This document shows positions 43,190 through 63,930 of a stretch of DNA of 64,000 bases, one piece after another. The stretch lies in NCBI RefSeq assembly GCF_009914755.1, contig NC_060932.1, one strand, 5' to 3'. The stretch is from the human T2T-CHM13v2.0 reference genome, Homo sapiens. Numbering within the stretch: the first letter of the stretch is position 1; each line of letters opens with the position of its first letter. The position numbers and the translations under genes were made by a program. The notes beneath the pieces are model-generated. The model saw only the letters and a list, made by a program, of their open reading frames with translations. It searched no databases and was not told the origin of the DNA.

Positions 43190-44150
43190 CAGTTAGCAGT
43201 AAGTTGATTATTATCATAGACTTCAAAATGCTAACAACTACTATAAGTATCTACTAGGTAACACTGGCTGTTATAGGCATTGGAAAAACAGCGATTAAAA
43301 AAAGGAGTACCAATTTCTCTTATAGAATTTATATCCTAGTGATAAAAATAGAAATGGAGAAGCTAGCTCATGTGATTATTTGAGATGGTAGAAAGGGCTT
43401 TGAAACAGGAGTCCCCAAACCCTTCTGTCCATTACTGGCCCGTATCCTGTTAGGAACCGGGCCACACAGTAGGAGGTGAGCAGTGGGCAAGAGAGCATTA
43501 CCATCTGAGCTCCACCTGCTGTCAGATCAGCAGCAGCATTAGATTCTCATAAGAGCAGGAACCCTATTGTGAACTGGGCATGCGAGGGATGTAGGTTGTG
43601 CGCCTCTTATGAGAATCTAATGCCTGATGATCTGAGGTAGAACAGTTTCATCCCCAAACCACCCCCCTCGCCAAAATTATCTTCCATGAAACTGGTTCCT
43701 GATGCCAAAAAGTTTGGGGACCCCTGCTTTGAAGGACAAAAAATGACAAAATAGAGTAGGTTGAGGAAGTGCTTTATTTTCCCTCTGAAAAGTAAATAGT
43801 TCAATTGGACCCAAGTGATGAGAATTTGCTGACCATTCAGAGTTCTAGGGGAAGAATATTCTAGACAGAACAAGCAAGTACAAATTCTTTATATGGGGAT
43901 GAAGTCGATGTTCTAGGAAAGTTTGATTGAATGGTTGCAGCCTTTAATGAGAGGCTGGTGCTGGAGATGTAGCTTGGGAAGTAAACAAAGGCCAAATCAG
44001 GTTGAGTCTTGTGGACGGTTTGAGAAAAAGAGTTCGTTTTGTATTCCAATTCCAATGAGAAGCCATTGGACTTAAGCACGGAAATAATATAATTTGATAA
44101 TTCTCTTTGAAATATTACTTTACTTGCTTATTGGAGACTGTGTTAAGGGA
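43190..44150 (-). mobile_element. L2 fragment interrupted by MER1B
   Basis: L2 body motifs on both sides of MER1B ('aatgagaagccattggacttaagcacggaaataatataatttga'). Confidence 0.6.
43406..43726 (+). mobile_element. MER1B (hAT-Charlie) DNA transposon
   Basis: TIRs caggagtccccaa/ttggggacccctg; 8-bp TSD ctttgaaa/ctttgaag. Confidence 0.92.
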
Positions 44151-45524
44151 GTGCAAAACTTTTTGATGTACTGATTATGTGAAACCTAAAGTCTTTTGTC
44201 AATGATGTATTTGATTAACATTTATTTTCTGATACATTGATCAAATTTATACAAAGCAAAATAAAATTAGCATATAAACACATAAACTTATCCATTCTAC
44301 CACAACTCAAATTAGAACAAAGTTAGAGTTATGAATTTTTGATTATTGTCTCTGTCTTCATTAAATGAAAACATACTCTGTGGAACTTCTACTGGAGAAG
44401 AGTTCCACATTGCCTATATCTTACGTACATGGAGTTTCATGGGAAATTTTATGGTATATTTATGGCCAATATATAAACAGGGAAAAATTGTTTGCCAAAA
44501 TGTACTAATAACTTTCAAATTTCACAACAAATATTATTAACAAACTGCAAAGCACCAGGACATGTGGTGAGACTCAGATATATTAAGGTTAGTAGATTCT
44601 TGCTATTGTTTTAACTTGCAGAATTCATCTATAAATTTTATATTGCAAGATTATTCTGTAAGAATTTATGTGCTTTTAAATTTTTCATTTTGTGCACTGA
44701 CATTAAGTTCTATGATTTCAAAATGCAGATTTGTTCACTTAGTATATAGTACCTACTTGAAAGATAATAGTATTCAATTAATAATTGGTAAATGAATGAA
44801 AAAAATGAATAAAATGAAAGTGTGGCCTAATGGGATAATGGTATTTTTCTTTAATCAACATATCTCAAAATCAGATTACATTTATTACATCAATCTTGTA
44901 TGCTAGGCTTTAAGCCTATCTTGGAGAGATAGTGTCCATATAAGAAAGTTCATCCTCAGAGAAATTGGTATAACTATTCTGTATAAACTTGATAATTTAG
45001 ATTTTGCCACATAATACACCCTTCTTTGGGGAAATTTACAGTACAATTTGGCTACGACATTTATTTTTTAATCTGTAATTCCCAAAACATAGCTCAATGA
45101 GATTATTTCTTAGTTTAACACTTTCCCACTATGATATTTTTCTTTGTTTCTCATCCATTTTCATTAGATTTTGTTCAATACTTTTTCTTGAAACGAATTT
45201 AGTTTAAATCAAAATATTTTTCCTATGTTAAAACACTATTATTCACCAGAGCTTTTGGTCAAGATATGATAAACCAACATAAGTATACTGATTTATAGAA
45301 TTCCAATTAAAAACAACCTTGATATTATGGTTATTTTACATCAGTTTAAAATGTCAGATACATTTGCATTCTTTTCAGAATATTGAAAAGTGTATAGAGT
45401 TTCTTATCTTTACCTTAGAGAACTTCTTTGAGGGTCATATTGAGAAGAACACCTTTCAAAGTTAAATTTAGTAATTAATATCACACTGTACACTCTGGAG
45501 GGGTGGAGACTGCATTTTCTTGGG

Positions 45525-45889
45525 TTAGCAGCACACTTAATAAAAGCCAAATTATAAATATTTTAGGCTTCATAGGCCAAGAAGCAAAGTCAAGAATATT
45601 ATGCAGGTTCTTGTATAACAAAAGAGAAATAGATTTTGACAATATTCTTATTGATGACACTCAAAATATAACAACAACAATAATGCATGAGTACAATTTT
45701 TTTTTGTAAGACAGGTCAACTAATGAGAATGAAGGTTTTTTGAGATGATCTTTTCATTAGCTGGGGTTCAAAGTTAGTGTTCTCTATTACCAAATGATTA
45801 CAAATGTTTGTTTGTAAAAAACTTCTTAGCTTGTGGATCATGCAAAAACAGAGACTGAAACGGCATAAGCTGTGGTTTGCCACTTTCTG
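45525..45889 (+). mobile_element. MER58-type hAT-Charlie element
   Basis: 'gccaaattataaatattttaggcttcataggcc' and 3' end 'gctgtggtttgccactttctg'. Confidence 0.7.
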
Positions 45890-46254
45890 ATACATAGGAT
45901 CAAGAGCAGATAGATGCAGGTAGACCAATCTCTCATCATTACTATTGCTACATCGTACAAGTTATTGCATGTTTTATCTTTACTATTCAGTTCAAAATAT
46001 TTTGTAAATTCTGATGTGATTCCTTCTTTAATCCATGGAGGTTTTTATAAAGTGTATTACTTATTTTTTAATTTTAGAATTAACTTATTATTCCGTGTGA
46101 TTTCATTGACATGACATAAAATAATATTCATTAAAACTCTCATCCAATTAACTTCTTCACTGTCTTCAAGATTCTTTGTTATCAATTTTAGGAAGTATGA
46201 CTTCTGCTTTTTAAACTAATTTTTAAGATACAATCAAACTCATTTTAATGAACC

Positions 46255-46590
46255 ATGGGAGTGCAAGTATCTCTTTGAGATCCAGTTTTCAATTATTTTG
46301 GTAAATACCCAGAAGTGGAATTGCTGGATCTTAAGGTTGTTCTCCCCTTAATTGTTTGAGGACCACTCATACTGCTTTTCTTAGCAACTGAAACATTTTA
46401 CATTTTCAACAACAGCACACAAGGATCCCCATTCCTTTACATTCTTGCCAACACTTGTTCTTTTATATTTTTTGGTAGCAGGTGTGCGGTAATATCTCAC
46501 TGTGGTTTTGATTTGGATTTTCCTGATGATCAGTGATGTTGAGCACCTTTGTGCTCTCATGTTCATTGCAACATTGCTCACAATAGCCAT
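46255..46590 (-). mobile_element. L1M fragment with a short inverted piece at ~46555-46590
   Basis: 'gagtgcaagtatctctttgagatcc...ctcactgtggttttgatttggattttcctgatgatcagtgatgttgagcac'. Confidence 0.75.
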
Positions 46591-47008
46591 TATCCACTTT
46601 TTTCCAAAATTTTTCTTAATTTCACTGAAATTCATTATTTTTAAGTATGAGTTTTTAAAATATAATCCCCATCTGCCTTAGTCTTATATTCCAACTTTCT
46701 TGATTATATTAGGAAAACAACAACAAAAAAATAGTATTTGTTAGCAACAATCGCCTCTTACACATAGTTCAGAGCATGCCTTTTCCTAGCACATAATTGT
46801 CATTCACTAGTTTTCCATATGTTGGCATAGGACTTTGCTTACAAGTGTTACACAGGGACTCAGACTTACAGAGCAACAACTATCTGTGTAATTTTTCAAT
46901 AGGGCACACAGTTATTTAAATCTTATATCTCATTTATAAAATGGAGGATTGCAATTAGATCATGTGTAAACATTTGATCCCCAAGAAATTAATTACTAAA
47001 TTAATGTC

Positions 47009-49204
47009 ATAAATTACCTGGTCTCAGGTAGTTCTTCTTAAATTCTCATTTCATGCACTGACATTAAGTTCTATGAATTCAAAATGTGGTGTGAAAACAG
47101 ACTAATACAGAAAATTGGTACTGGAAGTGGGGCTCTGCTATGAAGATAACTGAAAATGTGGAGGCAACTTTGGAACTGGGTAACAGGTAGAGATTGGAAC
47201 AATTTGGTAGGGCTCAGGAGAAGACAGAAAGATGCAGGAAAGTTTGAAACTTTCTAGAGACTTCTTGAATGGTTTTGACCAAAATGCTGATAGTAATATG
47301 GAAAATGAAGTTCAGGCTAAGGTGGTCTCAGATGCAGAGGAAGAACTTACTAGGAACTGGAGTAAAGGTCACTCTTGCTACACTTTAGCAGGGAGACTGG
47401 TGGCATTGTGCCCCTGCCCTAAAGATCTGTAGAACTTTGAACTTGAGAGACATAATTTAGGATATCTGGTGGAAGAAATTTCTAAGTAGCAAAGTGTTGA
47501 AGAGGTGGCCTGGCTGTTCGTAAAATTCTGTGCTCATTACCATTAGCAAAGGCAACCTATATTTACAAATTAAGCAGAGCATAAAAGTTTGGGAAATTTG
47601 CAGCCTGATTTTGTCGTAGAGAAGAAAAACCCATTTTCTGTGGAGAAATTCAAGCCAGCTACAGAAATTTTCTTTTTTCGTTTTTTTTTTGTTGTTGTTC
47701 TTTTTTTTTTTTAATTATACTTTAAGTTTTAGGGTACATGTGAACAATGTGCAGGTTAGTTACATATGTGTACATGTGTAAAGAGGAGCCAAATGTTAAC
47801 AGTCAAAACAATGGAAAAAATGCCTGCAGGGCATTTCAGAGACTTCACAGCAGTCCCTCCCATCACAGGCCCAGAGGACCAGCTGGGAAATACGGTTTCA
47901 TGGGCCAGGCCTAGGGCCCTGCTGCTCTGTGCAGCTTTGAGACACGGTGCCTTGCATCCCAGCCGCTCTAGCTCCAGCCGTACTAAAAGGGGCCGAGATA
48001 AATCTCGGGCCTCTTGCTTCAGAGGTTGCAAGCCCTAAGCCTTGGTGGCTTCCACACAGTGTTGGTCCTGTGAATGCACAGAAGAGAAGAGTTGAGCTTT
48101 GTGATCATCCGTATACATTTCAGAGGATGTATGGAAACCCCAGAATGTCCAGGCAGAAATGTGCTGCAGGGGCAGAGCCCTCATGGAGAACCTCTATTAG
48201 GGGAATACAAAGGAGAAATGTGGGGCAGCCACACTGATGTACTGCCTAGTGGAGCTGTGAAAAGACAGCCACCATCCTCCAGACCCCAGAATGGTAGATC
48301 GACCAACAGCTTCCCATGCGCCTGGAAAAGCAGTAGGCACTCAATGCCAGCCCATGAAAGCAGCTGTGGGGAACGTATCATGCAGAGGCATGGAAAAGAA
48401 CTGCCCAAGGCCTTGGGAACCCACCCCTTGCATCAGCGTGACCTGGATGTGATGTGAGACATCGAGTCAAAGAAGATTATTTTTGGAGCTTGAAGACTTA
48501 ATAACTGCTCTGCTGGGTTTTGGACTTGCATGGGGCCTGTAGCCCCTTTGTTTTGGCTGATTTCTCCCTTTTGGAATGGGATTACTTACCCAATGCCTGT
48601 ACCTCCATTGTAACGTGGAAGTAATTCACTTGCCTTGGATTTTACAGGCTTATAGGCAGAAGGGATTTGCCTTGTCTTAGATGAGACTTTGGACTTGAAC
48701 TTTTGAGTTAATCCTGGAATGAGTTAAGCCTTTGCGGGACTGTTGAGAAGGTATGATTTTTTTTTTTTGGAATTTGAGAAGGACATGAGATTTGGGAGGG
48801 GCCAAGGCAGAATTACATGGTTTGGCTCTGTGTTCCCACCCAAATCTCGTGTTGAACTGTAATCCCCAATTGTCAGGGAAGGGAGCTGTTGGGAGGTGAT
48901 TGGCTCATGGTGGTGGATTTCCCTCTATCTGTTCTTGTGATAGTGAGTTAGTTCTCATAAGATCTGGTTGTTTAAATGTGTGCAGCACAGCCGCCTTTGC
49001 TCTTTCTCTCTCTTTCTCCTGTTCCACCACTGTAACACATGCTTACTTCCCCTTCGCCTTCCGTCATGATTGTAAGTTTTTTGACTCCTCCCAGTCATAA
49101 TTCCTGTTAAGCCTGTGGAACTGTGAATCAATTAAACCTCTTTTCTTTATAAATTAACTAGTCTCAAATAGTTCTTTATAGCAGTGTGACAACAAATTAA
49201 TACA
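47009..49204 (+). mobile_element. MSTA/THE1D-type MaLR provirus: truncated 5' LTR (47009-47109), internal region, 3' LTR (48813-49204)
   Basis: MaLR internal motifs ('gaggcaactttggaactgggtaacagg', 'gaaagtttgaaacttt'); complete 3' LTR ending 'aaattaataca'. Confidence 0.92.
47668..47778 (-). mobile_element. Very short young L1PA (L1PA2/3-like) 3' end inside the MaLR internal region
   Basis: Poly(T) plus 'ttatactttaagttttagggtacatgtgaacaatgtgcaggttagttacat'. Confidence 0.85.
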
Positions 49205-49855
49205 TCAGTCTACCACTGATGGACATTTAGATTGATTCCATGTTTTGCTATTGTGAGCAGTGTTGCGATGAACATACATGTGCATGAGTCTTTATGATAT
49301 AATGATTAACATTCCTCTGGGTATATACCCAGTAAAGGGATTGCTGCCTCGAATAGTAGTTCTGTCTTTAGCAATTTGAGTAATCATCACACTGTTTTCC
49401 ACAACTGTTGAACTAATTTACACTCCCAACAACAGTGTATAAGCATTCCCTTTTCTCTGCAACCTCTTTAGCACTGGTTACTTTTTTACCTTTTAGTAAC
49501 AGAAGATTAAAATTGGACCCCTTCCTTTAACCATATACAAAAATAAACTCAATATAGATTAAAGACTTAAATGTAAAACCCAAAACTATAAAACCCCTGC
49601 AAGACAACATAGGCAATACCGTTCTGGACATAGGAAGTGGCAAAGATTTTGACAAAAACACCAAAAGCAATTGCAACAAAACCAAAAATTGACAGTTGGG
49701 ATTGGATTATATTAAAGAGTTTCTGCAAAGCAAAAGAAACTATTAACAGAGTAAAAAGACAAACTACAGAATGGGAGAAAATATTTGAAACTATGCATCT
49801 GACACAGGTCTACTATGCAGCATCTATAAGAATCTTAAACAAATTTACAAGAACA
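49205..49855 (-). mobile_element. Older L1P (L1PA13-16-like) with inversion: minus segment 49205-~49500, plus segment ~49501-49855
   Basis: ORF2 3' motifs in opposite orientations; ORF 49637-50053 begins with an L1 ORF2-like peptide. Confidence 0.8.
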
Positions 49856-50049
49856 GAACTTATTTTTAACTTCTTACCAGATGTTATGTTAGCAAAGTTA
49901 AAGCATGTTCAAAAACCAAGTCTATACTACTATATAGAACATACTACTGATCTGAATTTCCCTTTTCAGTTAATGGTATCACCATGCACCAAAACAAACT
50001 GTTCAAATACTATGAATTGTATTAGGATTCATTCTCAAATGAAAAGAGT

Positions 50050-50255
50050 ATGACCTTGGAATCAAACACACCTGGCTTCAAATAGGGCATCTCCATTTCC
50101 TTGCCATTTGAGCTTTGGCAAATTAAATAACCTGCAAGAGTTCTATTCTTTTCTATTTGTAAAATAGAAATAAATATGTGTATCACACAATGCTATTACC
50201 AGGATTAAATGCCATAGCATATGAAAAACACCTGGCAGAGTGCTGGGCATATAAA
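50050..50255 (+). mobile_element. MIR SINE
   Basis: 'ttggaatcaaacacacctggcttcaaat...tgagctttggcaaattaaataacct...gtaaaatag'. Confidence 0.7.
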
Positions 50256-50879
50256 ACATATATGCTTCATAAATAAACACCAACTCGTTTTTTTTTTTCT
50301 CTCATTTCAGATAGATTAACAGATCCTTTTGATCTGTGACTGAAATATTCTATGAGTCTTTTCTTTCTTTCCAGTCTCTTGGAATAATAATTATCAATTA
50401 TTTTCTCATAATTTTTTTCCAGAACAGATCAGTATCTCTTCCCTAGTTCTCTTTTAGTAATCTCTCTTATCCAATCCATTCTCTAAATTTCTACAAAATA
50501 GCTTTCTAAAACATAGGTCTGATCCTGTTGTTCACTTTTAGTACTTTATATTTTTTCTTTGTAAGTATGTATGTAAGTTAATATAAGTGTATCACAAGTG
50601 GTACAAGTATCCTTCTGCAACTTTTAACCTTGCATCTTTGGGGTACATACCTTCTTATGTACACAAAACTCTCATTTATTAATAGTTATGTTCATAGCAC
50701 ATTTCAAAAATATGCAACAAGGTATTTCTCTTTTTCTGTTGGTAAATATTTGTGTGCTTTGACCATTCTAGTACATTTTTTCATATATATATGTATAATT
50801 ATATAGATACACAAAGTTTTATAGACATGAAAGTTTTATGTATGTATGTGTATATTATATATATATATATATGTATATA

Positions 50880-53650
<2,771 letters not shown>

Positions 53651-53762
53651 CCAGCTATAATTTTGTTTCCTTCACCTAAATATTAGATTTCTTAGACCAA
53701 ATTATTTATTATTTATAATATTGTATCTTCTTAGGATGTTTTATTTATTTATTTAATGGATA

Positions 53763-54108
53763 CAGTCACGTGGCCCTTAACAATCATTATACATTCTGAG
53801 AGAAATGCATTGTTATGTGATTTTGTCATTGTGTGGATATCACAGATTGCCATACAAAAACCTAGGGGATATAGCCTCCTATACACCTATGTTACAGGTA
53901 CAGCCTATTGCTCCTAGGCTAAAAACTTGTGCAGCATGTTATTGTACTGAATACAGTCGACAATTGTAACACAATGTTAACTATAAGTGTATCTAAACAT
54001 ACTTAAACATAGAAAAGGTATAGTAAAAATATAGTATTATAATTTTATGGGACCATGTTGTATATGTGGCCCATAGTTGATAGAAACATTGTTAAGTGGC
54101 CATGACTG
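53763..54108 (+). mobile_element. Tigger3a (MER7A)-like DNA transposon
   Basis: TIRs cagtcacgtggcc/ggccatgactg; 'attctgagagaaatgcattgttatgtgattttgtcattgtg'. Confidence 0.85.
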
Positions 54109-54224
54109 TTCTTATTTTTTATTTATTTACTAACTTTACCAATTAACTTTGGACATGAATAATTATAACTTAATCAATTATTTTATGAGTATGGAGGCAA
54201 TAGTACAATAAATGTGGTCTTTTT

Positions 54225-55316
54225 CTCATATAAAAATTGTTATATTTATCATGTACAACATGATTTGACATACATACATTGTGAAGTTGCTCATTTGAAC
54301 TAATTAACATAGTGTTATCTCAAATTATTCCTCCTATTTAACTAAGATTTTGTATCCTTTGACCAGTGCCCCTGCCAAATCCCTGATATGGGGATCCCCA
54401 AATCCCTGACAGCCTCTAGTACCTAGCATTCTACTCTTCACTTCTGTGTACAGCTTTTTTAGATTCCACATATAAGTGGGATCGTGAGGTATTTGTCTTT
54501 TTCTGCCTGGATTACTGCACTTACTGTAATGTCCTCCAGGTTCATCCATGCTGTTGCAAATGACAAGAATGCCTTTTTTAAGGTGGAATAATATTTTATT
54601 GTGTATAATATCCATTCATTCATTCATTCATGGACACTTAGGTTGATTTCATATCTTGGCTCTTGTGAATAGTGCTGCAATAAACATGGAAGTGCAGATG
54701 TTTCCTCAAGATGCTGATTTCATTTCCTTTGGACATATACCCAGTAGTGTGATGGCTGGATCCTATGGTAGTTCTGCTTTTAATTTACAAGGAATCTCTA
54801 TACTGTTTTTCGTAATAGCTGAACCAAGATATATTCCCATCAGCATTGCATGAGTGTTTCCCTTTCTTCACATCCTTACCAACATTTGTTATTTTCCATA
54901 TTTTTATAATAGCCATTATAATTAAGATGATATAGTGAAATCAGGTTGTGGTTTTAATTTGCATATTTCTGATGACTAGTGATATTAAGCTCCTTTGTCA
55001 TATACCAGTTGGTCATTGTATGCATTCCTTAGAGAAATGCCTATTCAGACCCATTGCCCATTTTAAAATTGTGTTATGTGTATTCTTGATAATGAGTTGT
55101 TTGAGTTTCTCATGTATTTTGGATATTAAACCCTTATTGGATATGTGAATTGTAAATATTTTCTCCCATGTGATAGGTTGTCTTTTCACTCTGCTGATTA
55201 TTAAACCCTTATTGGATGTGTGATTTGTAAATATTTTCTCCCATATGATAGGCTGTCTTTTCACTCTGCTGATTGTTTACTTTTCTATGCAAAAGGTTTT
55301 TCGTTTGACATAATCT

Positions 55317-55318
<2 letters not shown>
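54225..55318 (-). mobile_element. L1MA 3' region containing a 75-bp tandem duplication (55124-55273)
   Basis: Reverse L1MA 3'UTR and ORF2 end motifs. Confidence 0.85.
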
Positions 55319-60298
<4,980 letters not shown>

Positions 60299-60619
60299 TA
60301 AAATCTGTTTTAAAAGCGTGTTCTTCTGATGTGATTTTGTTGTCTATGGGGATATCATTTTGTCCTCGTTCTCTTTTATCTTATAATAACTTTGAGATTT
60401 AACCATTATGCATTTATTTGGTTCATTTTTAATAAAAGTAAGTGTTTCTAAACTTTTAAAACTTGATGGAGTTCAGTATGAACTTCACAGTTATCTTTAT
60501 TCTCTTCTTGTTTGTATAGTGCTCAAATATATATTGACTTGATTTCTTAAATCTTCTCTCTCTGAACTCTCCTCATTTCATTTTTCTCTCTTAATTTTCT
60601 CTATTGGCCTATCTTGCTC

Positions 60620-61815
60620 AATTTTTTAACAGTTGTATGACAGTATAAGTGACATACAATAAACAGCATAGAGTTCAGTTGTATAAACTTGTAAGTTTTG
60701 ACATATATATATATGTATATATACCTGTGAAACCATCATTGAACCAAGAGTTTCCTTGTGATATTTCATAATTCCTACCTGATGTTTCTTCCCATGCCTT
60801 TGACTATGCCTATACAACCGCTGATCTGCTTTGTGTTACTAGAGATTAATGTGATTTTTTTTAAATTTTATATAAATAAAATCATATAGTATGTACTTTT
60901 TTGTATGGCTTATTTTTTCCACATAACCTCTTGAGATTTATTTACATTATATCATGTATCACTATTTCATTCTGTATTATTGTGGATTAGTGTGGAATTA
61001 AAATACCAGTTTCTTTATCCATTCATCTGTTAATGGCCCCTTAGGTGTAGTTTCAGGCTGTTGTAATAAATATGCTCTGAACATTTGAGCACAAGTCTTT
61101 GCATAGTTGATAGTTTCATTATATCTTGGGCAAATAACTAGGCACAGAATAACTGAGTTGTATGGCAGGTGTATATTTAACTTAAATAAAAAAACCTGCT
61201 AAACTCTTTCACAAAGTGGTTGTACCATTTTTACAATAACATCAGCAGTATATGAGTGTTCTATTTCTTTCACATGTGCAACAGTACTTGGTATTAGGTA
61301 ACTTTATAATTTTAGGTATTTTGATATGTGTGTAGTAGTAATTGTGTTTTTATTTTGCAATTCCCTACTGACTAGTGGTGTTAAGAATACTTAAATGTAC
61401 TTACTAATCATCAGTATCTCTTTTATGGTAAAATGTATATTGAATTATTTTGTCTATTTTTATTGGGTTTGTATATTTATTACTTAACTGTCAAGAGTTT
61501 ACATGTTCTGGATACAAATCCTTTTTATAATACATACTGTGCAAATATTTTTTCCTGCTCTGTGTCATGTCTTTTTATCTTGATATCAGTGTCTTTTGAG
61601 AGCAGAACTTCTTAATTTTGATAAACTCCAGTATATTACTTTTTTCTTTTATGCCTTATGCTTCTGGAAAACCAAATTCATAAATTTTTTTTCTAGGTGT
61701 TTCATAGTTTTAGGTTTCATCTTTAGGTCTATTTTTATTTAAACTAATTTTTGCATGTGATGTGAGAGGTTTCTTACTTAATGGATAACCACTTGTTCCA
61801 GCATCATGTTAAAGA
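60620..61815 (-). mobile_element. Ancient L1MC/MD-type 3' region
   Basis: Reverse L1M 3'UTR/ORF2 motifs ('caaccgctgatctgctttgtgttactagagatta', 'caaagtggttgtaccattttaca'). Confidence 0.75.
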
Positions 61816-61816
61816 C

Positions 61817-61908
61817 AATTTTAATGTTAAAGAAATTTTAATTTTCTTTAACATTAGTCATTGAATTGCCCTTGCAATTTTCTCAAAAACAATTGAACGT
61901 ATATATAT

Positions 61909-61954
<46 letters not shown>

Positions 61955-62258
61955 GTTCATGTGCACTGATCCATTGTCTATGTCTTTAGTCCAATATTAT
62001 AATGTTTTATATTATAATTTTAATGTTAAAGAAATTTTAATTTTCTTCATCGAATTGCCCTTGCAATTTTCTTAAAACCAATTGATCATATATATATATA
62101 TTTATATACACACACACACATATGTTCATGTGCATTGATCCATTGTCTATGTCTTTAGTCCAATATTATGTTTCTATTACTGCAGTTTTATAATTCTTTA
62201 TGTTTGTCTTTAGTCCAATATTACAATGTTTTCATTACTGCAGTTTTATAATTCTTTA
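61817..62258 (+). repeat. Compound tandem duplication (61817-62015 and 62016-62169; then 62150-62200 and 62205-62258) with a (CA)n tract and a hairpin
   Basis: Seen directly. Confidence 0.9.
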
Positions 62259-62261
62259 CAT

Positions 62262-63930
62262 TTTATTTTGAAACATAATAATTGTACATATTTATAGGAT
62301 AATGTTTTAATACATGTACACATTGTGTTATGATTAAATCAGGGTAATTAGCTGATGTATCACCTAAAACATTTATGGCTTTTTATGATGAAAACATAAA
62401 AAACCCTCTTTTCTTTTTAATATAGTTATTTTAAAATGTAATTATATTGTTAACTATAGTTATACTATTGTAAAATATAACACTGAACTGATTCCTCTAA
62501 CCTATCTGTAATTATGTTCCTGTTGACCAGTTTACTCTCCTGCCCTCTTCTCCTCTAACCTTCTGAACTCCTGGTAACTATCAATCTATTCTCTCCTTCC
62601 ATGAGATCAGCTTTTAAAAATTATGCAAATGAGTGAGATCATGCAATGTTTGTCTTTCTGTATCTGACATTTCATTTAACATAATTTTCTCCAGTTTCAT
62701 ACATGTCGTGGCAAATGAAAACAGAATTTCATTCTGTTTTCTGGCTGAGTAGTATTCCATTATCTCTGTGTACGTGTGTGTGTGCGTGTGTGTGTGTGTA
62801 ATTTTCTTTCTTTATTAATCAGTAACAGTGATGCAATAAACATGAGAATGCAGATATCTCTTGAACATACTGATTTATTTCCTTTAGATATATACCTGGC
62901 AATAGGATTTCTGGATCCTACAATGGTTTCATTTTTAATTATTTTAGGAACATCTGCAACCCTTTCTATAATGCCTGTTCTAATGTACATTTTCATCAAG
63001 AGTGCATATCTTTCTATATATCCTTACTGACACTTGTTATTTTTTGTCTTTTTGATAATAGTAATTTTAACATATTAGATGATATCTCACTTTGGGTTTA
63101 ATTTGCATTTCCCTGATTATTGATGGTGTTGAACATATTTTCCTACATCTGTTGGCCATTTGTATGTCACCTTTTGAGAAATGTCTCTTCAGATATTTTC
63201 TTTATTTTTTTAAAATTGGGTTGTTCATTTACTGTTGAGTTGCTTGAGTTCCTTATACATTTTGGATATTGACCACTTTTCAGATATATTGACCACTTTT
63301 CAGATGCATAGTTAGCAAATACTTTCCCTCATACTGTAGATTGTCTCTTTATTGAATGTTTCTTTTGCTGTGTGCAGAAGCTTTTTAGTTTGATGTAATC
63401 CCATTTGTCTATTTTTGCTTCTGTTTTTTTTTTTTTTTTGTGATTTTGAGGTCTTATTAAAAAATTTCTTGCCCAGTCTAATTTCATGAAACACTTCCCC
63501 TATGTGGTCTTCTAGTAGTTTCATAGTTCTGGGTCTTATATTTAAGTCTTAAATCGTTGATCTTTGTATAAAATGAGAAACAGGAATCTAGTTTTATCCT
63601 CCTACATGTGAATATCCAGTTTGCCCAGACTTATTTATAAGAGAGGCTGTCCTTTCCCCCATGTATGTTTATGGCACCTTTGTGAAAATTCAGTTGGCTG
63701 TAAATGCACAGATTTATTTCTAGCTTCTCTGTTTTGTTCTATTAGTCTGCATGCCTGATTTTATGCCAGTGACATGCAGTTTTGATTGCCATAGCTTTTT
63801 CACGTATTTTGACATCAAGTAGTATGATTCCTCCACCTTTATTCTTTATGCTCTAAACTGCTTTGGCAATCTGCGGCCTTTGTATTTCCATATGAATTTT
63901 AAGTGTTTTTTTTTTCTATTATTTTCAAAT
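62262..63930 (-). mobile_element. L1MA (MA6/7-like) 3' region and ORF2 end
   Basis: 'aataattgtacatatttatagg...atgattaaatcagggtaattagc'; ORF 63312-63524 is an L1 ORF2-like peptide. Confidence 0.85.

Noticed and set aside
43537-43623. Inverted repeat gcattagattctcataagag / ctcttatgagaatctaatgc
   Set aside because: It is a normal internal feature of MER1B.
47232-49100. Cluster of 66-127 aa ORFs
   Set aside because: They come from MaLR internal and LTR sequence and form no continuous gene.
63266-63305. 20-bp tandem duplication in L1MA
   Set aside because: It is ordinary slippage within a repeat.
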